64,000 bases of DNA from an uncultured delta proteobacterium (GCA_963713045.1 CAVQKE010000007.1:288001-352000), one strand, 5' to 3'. Shown: positions 20,422 to 32,278, counted from the stretch's first letter. Notes: generated by a model from the sequence alone, not told the origin. Numbers and translations: made by a program.

Positions 20422-21786
20422 ATGCTCAAGCTACCGATTTACATGGACAATCACGCCACCACCCCGCTGGACCCGCGGGTGCTGGAAGCGATGATGCCCT
20501 ACCTCCGCGAGGACTTCGGCAACGCGGCTTCGCGCAACCATGTCTTCGGCTGGAAGGCCGAGGCAGCGGTTGAGCAGGCGCGCGCCCAGGTGGCGGCGTT
20601 GCTGGGCGCCAACGAGAAGGAGATTGTCTTCACCAGTGGTGCGACCGAATCGGACAACCTCGCCCTCAAGGGGGTGCTGGAGTTCTACCGGGACAAGGGC
20701 GACCACCTCATTACGCTCAAGACCGAGCACAAGGCCATCCTCGACAGCGCCAAGCGTCTGGAGCGAATGCGGCAGGACCGAGTTGAGGAGCTGCGCCTGC
20801 TGCGCTTGGCGGAGTTGGCCGCTGAGGATGTGACGGCCGAAAACGTCGACGCCCTCGCCCTGAAATTCAACCTCGAAGAGGACCCGGTCCTCCGCCGGTG
20901 GATGGCCCAGCTGCGTACCGGGGCCCGCGTCACCTACCTGGACGTGCAACGGGATGGGCTGGTGAACCTCGACGCGCTGCGCGCCGCCATCACCGAGCGC
21001 ACCGTGCTGGTGAGCATCATGCTTGCGAACAACGAAGTGGGCGTCGTCCAGCCGATGGAGGCCATTGGCCGGCTGTGCCGCGAGAAGGGTGTGCTGTTCC
21101 ACACCGACGCAGTGCAAGGCGTGGGCAAGGTGCCCTTCGACGTCAACCGAATGAACGTGGACCTGGCCTCGGTGACGGCCCACAAGATTTATGGGCCCAA
21201 GGGGATTGGCGCGCTCTACATCCGCCGCAAGCCCCGGGTGCGCATCGCCCCGTTGATTGACGGCGGGGGCCATGAACGCGGGATGCGCTCCGGCACCCTC
21301 AACGTGGCAGCCATCGTGGGCTTCGGCAAGGCGGCCGAGCTGGCACGCCAGGAAATGGAGTCCGAGAGCCAGCGCTTGCTCGCGCTGCGCGAGCGGCTCC
21401 GTGCCAAGCTGACATCCGAGCTGGACATGGTGACTGTCAACGGCACCCTCGAGCACCGATTGCCGGGAAACCTCAACGTCTCCTTCTCCTGTGTCGAGGG
21501 CGAAGCGCTGATGATGGCGATTAAGGACGTGGCGGTGAGCTCCGGCTCGGCCTGCACCTCGGCCTCGCTCGAACCCTCCTACGTGCTGCGGGCCCTCGGT
21601 GTGGAAGAGGACATGGCCCACTCCTCCATCCGCTTTGGCATTGGCCGCTTCAACACGGTCGAGGAAGTGGACTACGTGGCCAGCTTGGTCATCGACAAAG
21701 TGAAGAAGCTTCGAGAGATGAGCCCCTTGTACGAGATGGCGCGGGATGGGGTGGACTTGAAGTCTGTGCAATGGGCAGCGCATTAG
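20422..21786 (+). CDS. iscS: Cysteine desulfurase IscS (with ~50-aa internal insertion)
   Basis: [39 protein letters not shown]. Confidence 0.96.
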   Translation: MLKLPIYMDNHATTPLDPRVLEAMMPYLREDFGNAASRNHVFGWKAEAAVEQARAQVAALLGANEKEIVFTSGATESDNLALKGVLEFYRDKGDHLITLKTEHKAILDSAKRLERMRQDRVEELRLLRLAELAAEDVTAENVDALALKFNLEEDPVLRRWMAQLRTGARVTYLDVQRDGLVNLDALRAAITERTVLVSIMLANNEVGVVQPMEAIGRLCREKGVLFHTDAVQGVGKVPFDVNRMNVDLASVTAHKIYGPKGIGALYIRRKPRVRIAPLIDGGGHERGMRSGTLNVAAIVGFGKAAELARQEMESESQRLLALRERLRAKLTSELDMVTVNGTLEHRLPGNLNVSFSCVEGEALMMAIKDVAVSSGSACTSASLEPSYVLRALGVEEDMAHSSIRFGIGRFNTVEEVDYVASLVIDKVKKLREMSPLYEMARDGVDLKSVQWAAH

Positions 21787-21800
21787 AAGGAGAACCAGAC

Positions 21801-22232
21801 ATGGCCTACAGCGACAAGGTCATTGACCACTACGAAAACCCCCGCAACGTCGGGACGCTGGACAAAGAAGACCCCAACGTGGGGACGGGCCTGGTCGGGG
21901 CACCGGCCTGTGGAGATGTGATGCGCCTGCAGCTGAAAATCTCGGATGACGGCATCATCCAGGACGCGAAGTTCAAGACGTTCGGCTGCGGCTCGGCCAT
22001 CGCCAGCAGTTCGCTTGTCACCGAATGGGTGAAGGGCAAGTCGGTCGACGACGCCACCCGCATCACCAACCGGGACATCGCCCAGGAGCTGGCGCTTCCG
22101 CCGGTGAAAATTCACTGTTCGGTATTGGCCGAGGACGCCATCAAGGCCGCGGTGGAGGACTTCAAGCGCAAGCGCGCGGCCCGGACCGTCCCGGCCAAGG
22201 CCGCCGAGACGTCCGAAGCCCACGCCCGCTAA
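21801..22232 (+). CDS. iscU: Fe-S cluster scaffold IscU
   Basis: MAYSDKVIDHYENPRNVG, GAPACGD, FGCGSA, LPPVKIHCS. Confidence 0.97.
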   Translation: MAYSDKVIDHYENPRNVGTLDKEDPNVGTGLVGAPACGDVMRLQLKISDDGIIQDAKFKTFGCGSAIASSSLVTEWVKGKSVDDATRITNRDIAQELALPPVKIHCSVLAEDAIKAAVEDFKRKRAARTVPAKAAETSEAHAR

Positions 22233-22237
22233 CGACC

Positions 22238-22630
22238 GTGAATGCCGCCGCACCACAAACGCCGGTGACAGCCGCCGCGGCGAGCCCCGTCAAGCCCGCG
22301 GGGAAGACGTTCGGCATCAGCGCTTCTGCCGCATCGCGCATCCAGACGCTGCGCCAGGAAAGGCAGACGCCAGAGGCCGGCCTGCGCGTCGCAGTCCGAG
22401 GCGGAGGCTGCTCGGGCCTGACGTACGCCATCGAGTGGGCCGAGGCGCCGCGGGAGCGAGACAAAATATTCGAGCGCGACGGGGTCCGCGTCTTCGTCGA
22501 CCCGAAGAGTTACCTTTATCTCCTGGGCTCCGAGCTGAACTACGAGGAGACGCTGATGGCCTCGGGCTTCCGCCTGCAAAACCCCCAGGTGAAGACCGCC
22601 TGCGGCTGCGGAGAGAGCTTCTCCATCTGA
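22238..22630 (+). CDS. iscA: Fe-S assembly accessory protein IscA
   Basis: GGGCSG and CGCGESF motifs; the GTG start at 22238 is approximate. Confidence 0.92.
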   Translation: MNAAAPQTPVTAAAASPVKPAGKTFGISASAASRIQTLRQERQTPEAGLRVAVRGGGCSGLTYAIEWAEAPRERDKIFERDGVRVFVDPKSYLYLLGSELNYEETLMASGFRLQNPQVKTACGCGESFSI

Positions 22631-22720
22631 CGGACGCGGCCGGAGGCGCCCCTGGGCGGGCCCTCTGGCCACCCCCACCCGGGCCCCCCCCGGGCCCCCC
22701 TGAAAGGAAGGACGCCCGCC

Positions 22721-23352
22721 TTGCAGTGCTGGAACTGCCACAGCGAAATCACCCCAAGCGCCCTCCTCTGCTCGCGCTGTGGAAAGGTTTTGCCGCCGCC
22801 GGCCGGCCGGACGTTGTTCGACGCCTTTGGCCTCAAGCCCTCGGTGGACGTGGACGTCCCGTCTCTGGAGCAAGCTTACCGAGAGCGCTCGCTGCAGGTG
22901 CACCCGGACCGCTTCGGCACCGCACAGGCGCGCGAGCGCCGCTTTGCTCTGGAGCAGAGCACCCTTCTCAACGACGCCTACCGCACCTTGAAGGACCGCT
23001 CGGCCCGCGCCTTCTACCTGCTGAAGCTGCACGGGCTGGACCTCTCCCGCGAGGACGCCGGGACGCAGAAGGACTTGCCGCTCAGCTTCCTCGAGGAAGT
23101 GATGCAGTTGCGCGAGGCGCTGGACAGCCACCGTCAACGCGGCTCGCTGGACGCGGCGCTCGACATGGCGGAAGGCGTCTCAGAGCGGCGGCTGGCGGCG
23201 CTGGCCGAGGCCGAAACCGCGCTGCGGCAGCTGCTCCAGCACCCGGAGGACGTCACCGCCCGCGCCCAAGCCGGCCACGCGCTGGCCCAGGTGCGCTACT
23301 TCACGCGCTTCCTTGAGGAGGTCGAGGCGATGCACGAGGAGGCGCTGGAAGG

Positions 23353-23356
<4 letters not shown>
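22721..23356 (+). CDS. hscB: Fe-S co-chaperone HscB with N-terminal CxxC...CxxC
   Basis: CWNC/CSRC, J-domain HPD motif, position in isc operon. Confidence 0.93.
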
Positions 23357-25197
<1,841 letters not shown>

Positions 25198-25198
25198 C

Positions 25199-25582
25199 AT
25201 GGCCAAGGTGAGCTTCAAGAGTCCTCTCGACGACGTCTCGGTCGAGGTGGAGCCCGGCACCTCCCTCTTGGAGGCGGCGGAGAAATGCGGAGCCCACGTC
25301 GGCCATTCCTGTGGCGGCGTGTGTGCCTGCTCGACCTGTCATGTCTGGGTGAGGCGTGGGCTGGAGAGCCTGTCCGAGGAGGAGGACGCGGAGATGGACC
25401 GCATTGACCAGGCCTTCGACGTGCGGGCCTTTTCGAGGCTGGGCTGCCAAGCGCTGGTGGACTCCGAGGACGTGGACGTCGAGATTACCGAGGAGTCGCT
25501 CAGCGCCTACCTCGATGAGAACCCGGCGCTACGCCGGTCTCTCGAAGCCGAAGGAAAGTGGCCCCTCAAGAAGGCGCGCTAA
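25199..25582 (+). CDS. fdx: ISC 2Fe-2S ferredoxin
   Basis: HSCGGVCACSTCH and SRLGCQ. Confidence 0.93.
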   Translation: MAKVSFKSPLDDVSVEVEPGTSLLEAAEKCGAHVGHSCGGVCACSTCHVWVRRGLESLSEEEDAEMDRIDQAFDVRAFSRLGCQALVDSEDVDVEITEESLSAYLDENPALRRSLEAEGKWPLKKAR

Positions 25583-25681
25583 ACCGGACGGAAGCGGGGC
25601 AGCCAGTGGGAAATTGTTGTCCCAGAAGTGGCATCAGAGCATTGTCCGGCGCGCAGCATACTTCGCTACGGGAGAGTCCCC

Positions 25682-26125
25682 ATGAAACGCACTCTGAGCG
25701 CTGTCCTTCTGTCGTTCTTCGTCGCCTCGCAAGCGTTGGCCCAGGCAAGCACCGCCCCGGCCCCCGCTGCGGCACCGGCACCGGCACCGGCACCGACGCC
25801 ACCGGTCGCCGGAACGGTGCTCCTCGGTGTCACCGTCACCGAGTCCATCGCCGTCGCCCACGGCTACCGGGCTTCGAAGGTCATCGGCGCGACGGTGTAC
25901 AACGACAAGAGCCAGAAGGTCGGCAAAATCGGTGACCTCATCATCAGGCCCGACGGGACGCTGTCTTACGCCATCGTCGATGTCGGCGGCTTCTTGGGCA
26001 TGGGGGTTCACCAGGTGGCCATCCCGGTGAACCAATTCAAGGCCGTGAAGCCGAAAATCATTCTCCCCGGCGCCACCAAGGACGCCCTCAAAGCCCTACC
26101 GGAGTTCCGTTTCGAGAAGAACTGA
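25682..26125 (+). CDS. PRC-barrel domain secreted protein
   Basis: Signal peptide, AP-rich linker, RASKVIGATVYND...KIGDLII...VDVGGFLG. Confidence 0.88.
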   Translation: MKRTLSAVLLSFFVASQALAQASTAPAPAAAPAPAPAPTPPVAGTVLLGVTVTESIAVAHGYRASKVIGATVYNDKSQKVGKIGDLIIRPDGTLSYAIVDVGGFLGMGVHQVAIPVNQFKAVKPKIILPGATKDALKALPEFRFEKN

Positions 26126-26479
26126 GGCTCCGGGAGCGGTCGGCTTCCCGCCCGGTCGTCCGGGCGGCGGGAAATAGCAGGGGCGTCCCCGGACGCCACT
26201 GGGCGGTCCGGGTGAAGCTGCTGCCGACAGCGCTGGCCGCGGCCCTCAAAGGCTTACCCACCCATCGGTCCGCCACCTCCGGCGCCTCCGCCGCTGGTGC
26301 CGCCCACTGGGCCGGTGCCGGGGCCACCGCCGGGCGCCACTCCGCCGTCGGGCAGAAGCTGCGTGGCGTAAACCCGTCAATGCCCAAGACACCGCCCACT
26401 TCCATCCGTTGCCGAATGGCGTGCCGGACCGACAGGGTTTCGTGACATCCTCGCTTTGTGTGGGCAGGAGGTGTGACGC

Positions 26480-27679
26480 ATGCCGCGCAGCACCCGAAAG
26501 CCACCGAAGCGAGGGAAAGCCGGTCACAGTGCCGCAAAACGCCCGCGGCGCTCGCCTCGCGTGCTGGTGCTGGTCGCAACGCGAAAGGGCGCGTGGCTGT
26601 ATCACGGCGACACGGCCCGAAAGACTTGGCGGGTTGATGGGCCGCACTTTCTCGGCCACATCGTCAACCACCTGGTGCTTGACTCCCGCGACAAGCAGAC
26701 CCTGCTGGCAGCCGCGAAGACGGGGCATCTCGGGCCGACGGTATTTCGGTCGACAGATTTCGGACGGAGCTGGACCGAAGCGGCGCGGCCCCCTGCGTTT
26801 GAAAAAGCAGCGGCCGGACAGAAGGGACGGGTTGTCGATCACACGTTTTGGCTCACCCCGTGCCACGACAATCAGCCTGGCGCCTGGTACGCCGGAACCT
26901 CTCCCCAGGGACTGTTTCGTTCGCATGACGGGGGGGTTGCTTGGGAGCCGCTGCCAGGGCTGAACGACAATCCGCGCTACCGGGAGTGGATGGGCGGCGA
27001 ACAGGACGGAACGCCCGATGGTCCGAAGCTGCACTCGGTCATCGTCGACCCCCGGGACCCGGCGCACCTCTACATCGCCATGTCGAGCGGAGGAGTGCAC
27101 GAGTCGGTGGATGCGGGCCGTAGCTGGGCCCCCCTCGTCCAAGGGCTGGAAGTCGTTGAAAACCTGGACCCAGCAAACATTCGCTTCCACGACCCGCACT
27201 GCGTTCGACTCGCTGCGAGCAACCCGAATCGGCTTTACCAACAGAACCACTGCGGCATTTACCGACTCGATCGGCCATCGAAGCAGTGGACGCGCATTGG
27301 ACGGAGCATGCCGCGGCGAATCGGCGACATCGGCTTTCCGATGGTGGTCCACCCACGAGACGCAGACACCGCCTGGGTGTTTCCAATGGATGGAACAGCC
27401 GTTTGGCCCCGGACCAGCCCAGACGGAGTCCCGGCGGTGTATGTGACGCGGAACGGGGGTGAGGGTTGGCGCCCGCTCAACTCCGGCCTGCCGAAGCGCC
27501 ACGCTTGGTGGACGGTGAAGCGACAGGCGATGACTTCAGACACTGCGGACCCGGTCGGGCTGTACTTCGGGACGACCAGTGGAGAGCTCTGGATGAGCCG
27601 CAATGAAGGCCGCCAGTGGCAGTGTCTGGCTCGGAACCTCCCTGAAATCTACGCGGTGGAGGCGGCCGAAACGCAGTGA
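26480..27679 (+). CDS. BNR/Asp-box beta-propeller protein (sialidase/glycosyl hydrolase-like), no signal peptide
   Basis: Repeated Asp-boxes: STDFGRSW, SHDGGVAW, SVDAGRSW, TRNGGEGW, SRNEGRQW. Confidence 0.88.
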   Translation: MPRSTRKPPKRGKAGHSAAKRPRRSPRVLVLVATRKGAWLYHGDTARKTWRVDGPHFLGHIVNHLVLDSRDKQTLLAAAKTGHLGPTVFRSTDFGRSWTEAARPPAFEKAAAGQKGRVVDHTFWLTPCHDNQPGAWYAGTSPQGLFRSHDGGVAWEPLPGLNDNPRYREWMGGEQDGTPDGPKLHSVIVDPRDPAHLYIAMSSGGVHESVDAGRSWAPLVQGLEVVENLDPANIRFHDPHCVRLAASNPNRLYQQNHCGIYRLDRPSKQWTRIGRSMPRRIGDIGFPMVVHPRDADTAWVFPMDGTAVWPRTSPDGVPAVYVTRNGGEGWRPLNSGLPKRHAWWTVKRQAMTSDTADPVGLYFGTTSGELWMSRNEGRQWQCLARNLPEIYAVEAAETQ

Positions 27680-27728
27680 AACCAGCGACCCGTCACGAGA
27701 CGCGTTCAGTCGAGTGGAGCTTCAGCCG

Positions 27729-27986
27729 ATGAAAGTGGTGATTCCCAGCCCTTTGCTCTCCTACACCAATGCTCGCGAGGTCGAAGCGACCGGCGCCACC
27801 CTGACCGAATTGCTTGCTGACCTTGAGCGTCGCTACCCAGGCCTGCGATTCCGGCTGGTCGACGAGCAAGAGAGAATGCGCCCGCACATGCGCTGTTTCG
27901 TCAACGGTCAGCAGGTGTTCGACTTGACGCGTGCGCTCCTCCCCACCGATGCCGTCCAGATTGTTCAGGCTTTAAGCGGCGGGTAG
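27729..27986 (+). CDS. MoaD/ThiS-family ubiquitin-like protein
   Basis: 85-aa ORF MKVVIPSPL...FVNG...QALSGG with C-terminal Gly-Gly. Confidence 0.9.
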   Translation: MKVVIPSPLLSYTNAREVEATGATLTELLADLERRYPGLRFRLVDEQERMRPHMRCFVNGQQVFDLTRALLPTDAVQIVQALSGG

Positions 27987-28101
27987 GCCCACTCCTTCCT
28001 TCACCGAAGGGCTTGGTCTTTCTTTCCCCAAGTCTCTTCCGGTCTTGGACCATTGGTCCATCGGCGCCCAAACGGGCTTCGCGATGAAAGTTCAATCTTC
28101 T

Positions 28102-28385
28102 CATCGCCCAAGGCGATGCCGAGGTCGAGAAACTGGTCAAGGGCATCAAGGCTTCCCGTGCCTGGAAAGACGGCCGGAACGTCATTGTGGTGACCTGGGA
28201 CGAGAACGACTATTCGAATGCGGCCAATCGCGTATGCGCCGAACGGCCGAGTGGTCGTCACCCCATACGACCACTACTCGCTGCTCCGGACGATGGAGGC
28301 TGGCTTCGGCCTCCCCCTGCGTGAACCAGGCGGCGACCAGACGTCCAAAGTGATGAACGAAATGTTTGGCAGCTGCGACGAGTAG
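28102..28385 (+). pseudogene. C-terminal fragment of a phosphoesterase / acid phosphatase family gene
   Basis: Broken frames read AQGDAEVEKLVKGIKASRAWKDGRNVIVVTWDEND and PYDHYSLLRTMEAGFGLP; no start codon, several frameshifts. Confidence 0.65.
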
Positions 28386-28524
28386 CCGTTCAGCGTCGAT
28401 TTTCCAACGCAGCGGGCTACAATCCGTTTGAAAACGCCGGAGAGTGCTAGCACTCTCCGGTGTTCAGGACGACCTTGGGGTGCTGCCGAGGGTGTCGGTG
28501 GCCGGCGCGTCGTAGAAAGCAAGG

Positions 28525-28692
28525 ATGGGAAGACAGGCAGCCAACGCGCTTTACGTGCTCGCGCTGGTCGCGGTCGTGGTCGGCGTGGACGTCCTGTTCT
28601 TCAGGAACCGTTTCTGGGAGCGGCTGATGGTGAACGTCGGGATCGTCCTGGTGTTCGCAGCGTTCTACTTGCGGTTCCTAAAGCGTCCATGA
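28525..28692 (+). CDS. 55-aa two-TM small membrane protein
   Basis: Below the ORF-track cutoff. AAGG just before ATG; MGRQAANALYVLALVAVVVGVDVLFFRNRFWERLMVNVGIVLVFAAFYLRFLKRP. Confidence 0.72.
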   Translation: MGRQAANALYVLALVAVVVGVDVLFFRNRFWERLMVNVGIVLVFAAFYLRFLKRP

Positions 28693-28906
28693 CCGCAGCC
28701 GCCGCAATGTGAGGCGAGCCTCCTCGCTGACTCAGGGCGAAGTTGGGGTGCAGGTCCACTTGAACACCAAAGGGATGGTCGTGAAGAAGCTCAAGACGGA
28801 AAGGTCGGCCGAACGGCTGGCACGGTCCGTACGTCAGTTGCTCTTGCGCGGGCCGAGAAGCGTTAGGACGCGATACCTGCGTCAAAGGCGTGCGGTCCCT
28901 TGAATG

Positions 28907-29218
28907 TCAGAGGCCGCAGACACCGGCATCGCAAGTCGCGGTTCTGTCCGCGGGACACGGACAGATGCCAGTTTGTCCGCCGATACTACTGAGGTTCGCC
29001 TCGTACTGAGCCTCTGCGGAGACGTTGATTGCGGCGTTGCCGCAGTCAACGCAAAAGAGCGCGTTGCACGAATCGCCCTCGGCCACGACGACGCAGTCAG
29101 AGGCGGTCGAGCAAGACTGGTCGTAGTCCGACGCTTGAATGCTGCCGCACGTGGAACACGACGCCAGGAGACTTGCGGCAACAACACCGAGACCGACGAC
29201 GAAGCGAACGTTGGCCAT
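28907..29218 (-). CDS. Small Cys-rich lipoprotein
   Basis: Lipobox LASC; paired Cys pattern (CSTASDC, CNALFCVDC, CPCP, CDAGVC); GGGAGG RBS. Confidence 0.75.
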   Translation of the reverse strand: MANVRFVVGLGVVAASLLASCSTCGSIQASDYDQSCSTASDCVVVAEGDSCNALFCVDCGNAAINVSAEAQYEANLSSIGGQTGICPCPADRTATCDAGVCGL

Positions 29219-29451
29219 CTTGCCTCCCAGCTACAGGACCGCGAGAGCGCCATTTTGGCCGAGAATGCTTGCTGTTCACACCCCCCTGCGCCCCGTTCAG
29301 GGCCCTGCCTCGCCGTGCTGTATTTTGCAGCGCGCTGGGGCCAGCCTGCGCCACTTTTCTCCGCCGACGCCTCGCACCGTTTGTAACGACACACTTGCTT
29401 CGCACAGTTGGTTCGCGCAAATCCGCGGACTTCGCGTAACGCGCCGCCTCT

Positions 29452-29492
29452 GCCCAGCTGGTGAAATTGGTAGACACACTAGATTCAGGGTC
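29452..29492 (+). pseudogene. tRNA-Leu(CAG) 5'-half remnant
   Basis: 39/41 nt identical to 30268-30308; similarity stops just after the anticodon loop. Confidence 0.88.
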
Positions 29493-29666
29493 CGAGGTTT
29501 AGCTAAAACCCGAAACACTTCGCGACCTTCGGAGTCAGTCCTCCGCGGCGCACACCGACGTCCCAGAGAGCCGGCCCATCGCCTCCGAGACGCTCTTTTC
29601 CGAGGTCTTCGCGTAGAGCAAGGTCACCGCCGGGAAGCTTTGGCCGAGCCGCTTGCCGAACACGCT

Positions 29667-29894
29667 TCATGCGCCAGGCTCAATGCGAACGTGGGCGTCG
29701 GTCAGGTGGAACCCGTGCTTTTCGATGTCGTCTATGCATTCGTCGATATTGACGCCCGGCCTGGGTTCGCCTCTCGTCATCTCCACCATCTTGAAAGCGG
29801 TCCAAGGCCCGTACTGACTGGGCAGATTCGCGGCAGCGCCATCTAGCGTGAAACCAAAAACGCGACCGGTACCTCTGAAAATGTGAACTTGCAC
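29667..29894 (-). CDS. 75-aa hypothetical protein
   Basis: GTG start after GGGAG; VQVHIFRGTGRVFGFT...LPSQYGPWTAFK...DECIDDIEKHGFH has globular-protein composition. Confidence 0.6.
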   Translation of the reverse strand: MQVHIFRGTGRVFGFTLDGAAANLPSQYGPWTAFKMVEMTRGEPRPGVNIDECIDDIEKHGFHLTDAHVRIEPGA

Positions 29895-30267
29895 TAGCGT
29901 TCTCCCAGATCGCGTTGATTTAGCGTGCACCCCCCAGATGGTCCAGTCGTCTCCTCTGTCCAGACCACCCTGTCCCGTTTGCGGCTGGCATCGGATGCAG
30001 CCTGAAGACGGCACGCGCTTCGCTGTCAGGCTGAGGGAACGCCGATGGCTTTGGAGACGGCGGAAAGCCTGCAAGGACTGTTGGGCCTGGGCAACGAATC
30101 CGCCCGTTAAACCCCGAACTCCCGTTCAGGGCCGTGCTGAAGTTTGCAGCAGCGTGCGTCCAGCGGCGTCCCAAGGATCCCGGGTACGCCTCGGACCGTT
30201 CGTAAATCGACGCTTGCCTCGCACGGTTCGTTCGCGTAAATCCGGGCGCTTCGCGTAACCCCCGCCT

Positions 30268-30351
30268 GCCCAGGTGGTGGAATTGGTAGACACACTAGAT
30301 TCAGGGTCTAGCGCCCGAAACGGCATGGAGGTTCGAGTCCTCTCCTGGGCA
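30268..30351 (+). tRNA. tRNA-Leu (anticodon CAG), CCA not encoded
   Basis: Acceptor GCCCAGG/CCTGGGC+A; D-loop GGAATTGGTAGAC; anticodon arm CTAGA-TTCAGGG-TCTAG; long variable arm; T-arm GGAGG-TTCGAGT-CCTCT. Confidence 0.97.
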
Positions 30352-30352
30352 C
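30299..30352 (+). repeat. attL core (3' part of tRNA-Leu)
   Basis: attcagggtctagcgcccgaaacggcatggaggttcgagtcctctcctgggcac, identical to 41678-41731. Confidence 0.95.
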
Positions 30353-30404
30353 TGTTTACGCGGACTTAGGGGGACCACAGTGGACCTCTCTGGACGTCCG
30401 CGTC

Positions 30405-30433
30405 GCAAACTTCGGACGCAATACGGACGCATG
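30405..30433 (+). repeat. Putative integrase arm-type binding site (left)
   Basis: gcaaacttcggacgcaatacggacgcatg; 28/29 identical to 41620-41648; contains CGGACGCA twice. Confidence 0.75.
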
Positions 30434-30449
30434 GGTCCGAAGCCTGGGG

Positions 30450-31562
30450 TTACTTCGTACCGGCCGCGGCGGAAAGACCCACCCCGCCTAGGAGGGACAC
30501 GGCCTCGGCGTCACCGTGGCCCGGCTGCAGGCGCGCGTACACCTCGGTCTGCACCACGGACGCATGGCCTAGGAGGTCGCGGATCCGAATCAGGGACACG
30601 CCGCGGATCGCGAGGTGCGACGCGAACGTGTGCCGGGTGGTGTGAATGCCGGCGCGCTCGACTCCGGCCGCATCGCAGAGACGCTCCATGGCCTTTGTCG
30701 CCTGGTGCCGCGTGCGCCAAGTCCCCGACGAGGTGCCGAACACCAGCTTCGCCCTTGGGTGCTTCGTGCGCCTCGAGGTGAGCACCTCCACCGCCAAGTC
30801 GTTCAGCGGAACGGTCCTCGCCTTCCCCGACTTCGGCGCCGACTCCACCGAGTCCACCACCGCCCGGGTGACGTGCAGCCGGGGCTTGCCTTTCAAGTCG
30901 ACGTCTTCCCAGCGGAGGCCGAGAAGCTCGGAGATGCGCAGGCCGGTTTGTAGGCCAACCACCACCAGGGCGCCCCACTCCTCGTCCTCGCGGGCCGCCT
31001 CGATTAGGGCCGCGGCCTCCTCGAAGGTGAAGAAGCGCGGCAACTCCTGAGCGCCGGTCTTCTTCGGGAGCTTCACCGGCGGCGCCTGCTTGAGGTGACC
31101 GCGTTCGGCGCAGAAGTTGAGGAGCCGGCGCAGGGCCCGCAGCGTGCCGCGCACGGTCTCGACTTCGCGGTCGGCTGCCAGGGCCGTGCGGAAATCCGAG
31201 AGGACGTCTCCGTGCACCTCGTCGACATAGTGCTCGCCGAGCGCGGGAACGACGACGCGCCTCAACTGATTGGCGTACCACCGATGCGTCGAGGCGCGGA
31301 CCTCCGAGGTCGTGGCGCGTAGGAAGACCTCGACGGCCTCGGCGACCGTGAGCACGTCCCCGCGGCGCTGGTACGTGCCGTCGAGGACCGCGGCGACGGC
31401 CTGACGCTCTTCCCGCTCGGCCGCGCGCCGCTCGTTCTTCTCGGCGACCTTCCGGATGGTGACCTTCCGCCCGTCCGGCCGGCTCACGACGGTCTTGATC
31501 GACCACGCCGCCCGAAGCGCGCCGGTCCGGGGATCCTTCCATCGCCGCTCGAAGACGCCCAC
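30450..31562 (-). CDS. int: Tyrosine recombinase / phage integrase
   Basis: Catalytic set intact: GLRISEL (R), APKSG (K), HTTRH (HxxR), LLGH, TEVYA (Y). GTG start at 31562 is a best guess. Confidence 0.95.
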   Translation of the reverse strand: MGVFERRWKDPRTGALRAAWSIKTVVSRPDGRKVTIRKVAEKNERRAAEREERQAVAAVLDGTYQRRGDVLTVAEAVEVFLRATTSEVRASTHRWYANQLRRVVVPALGEHYVDEVHGDVLSDFRTALAADREVETVRGTLRALRRLLNFCAERGHLKQAPPVKLPKKTGAQELPRFFTFEEAAALIEAAREDEEWGALVVVGLQTGLRISELLGLRWEDVDLKGKPRLHVTRAVVDSVESAPKSGKARTVPLNDLAVEVLTSRRTKHPRAKLVFGTSSGTWRTRHQATKAMERLCDAAGVERAGIHTTRHTFASHLAIRGVSLIRIRDLLGHASVVQTEVYARLQPGHGDAEAVSLLGGVGLSAAAGTK

Positions 31563-31789
31563 GCCGGCAAGCGTAGCGAAAAGAGGGTGCTGGGGTACGT
31601 CCGAGGTGTCGATCGCCCCGCACAACGCAAATGCGGCGGTCGGTTTCGTGTGGGTGCGGGTGGGCTCGCCTGACCGAACAAGAGAGACCCTTCCGGCGGA
31701 TTGAAGTGGAACGCGACCGCGGGCTCGGGCGGATTGAAAGGGACGACAGCAACCGGAACCGGATCGCCCCTCGGGGCGCAGGTACAGAC

Positions 31790-32005
31790 ATGAGACGCCG
31801 TGAACCTCCACTCCTGATGACCATCGAAGAGGCCGCCGACTTCCTCGGGGTCAAGCGCAGTCGCCTTTACGAGGACGTGAAGGCCGGTCGCTGGGCCGCG
31901 TGCGTCGTCCGCTACGGCTCCGAGGTCCGCCTCTCGCGCCTCGCGTTGCTGGAGTTCCTGAAGGCCCCCACGACCTCCCAACCCGCAGCATCCGAGGTGC
32001 CCTAG
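31790..32005 (+). CDS. Excisionase-like HTH (HTH_17/AlpA-like) protein
   Basis: LMTIEEAADFLGVKRSRLYEDVKAG; divergent from int. Confidence 0.85.
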   Translation: MRRREPPLLMTIEEAADFLGVKRSRLYEDVKAGRWAACVVRYGSEVRLSRLALLEFLKAPTTSQPAASEVP

Positions 32006-32007
32006 TC

Positions 32008-32278
32008 GTGAGCGAGCCCGAGCCGATTCGCTTCTGCAGTTGCGGGAAGGAGAGCTGCACCCCGCCCTACCGGCTGACTCCCGGCTCGAGCCCGCGGCTT
32101 TACGCGCAGGCGATTCGAGGCCCTGGTGATCGCCGGCGTCCCGTTGCACTTGGCTGCCGACGCCGAGGCCGACGAAGCGCTCCTGAAGGGCCTGCAGGCC
32201 GTCGAGAGGGCGCAGAAGAGGCGGCCGGTGAAGTCGTGGGGCGCGGCGAGGCTGTCCCTCGTGCCTCCGCTCGCCTAA
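32008..32278 (+). pseudogene. Small hypothetical gene with apparent +1 frameshift (89 aa if repaired)
   Basis: Removing one T at 32114-32115 joins MSEPEPIRFCSCGKESC...LYAQAI to EALVIAGVPLHLAADAEADEALLKGL... Confidence 0.5.

Noticed and set aside
20764..20922. IscS insertion as an intein
   Set aside because: Too short and lacks the N-terminal Cys/Ser and C-terminal His-Asn splice motifs.
22631..22720. C-run-rich spacer between iscA and hscB (possible G-quadruplex or hairpin)
   Set aside because: Expected by chance at this GC content; no supporting evidence.
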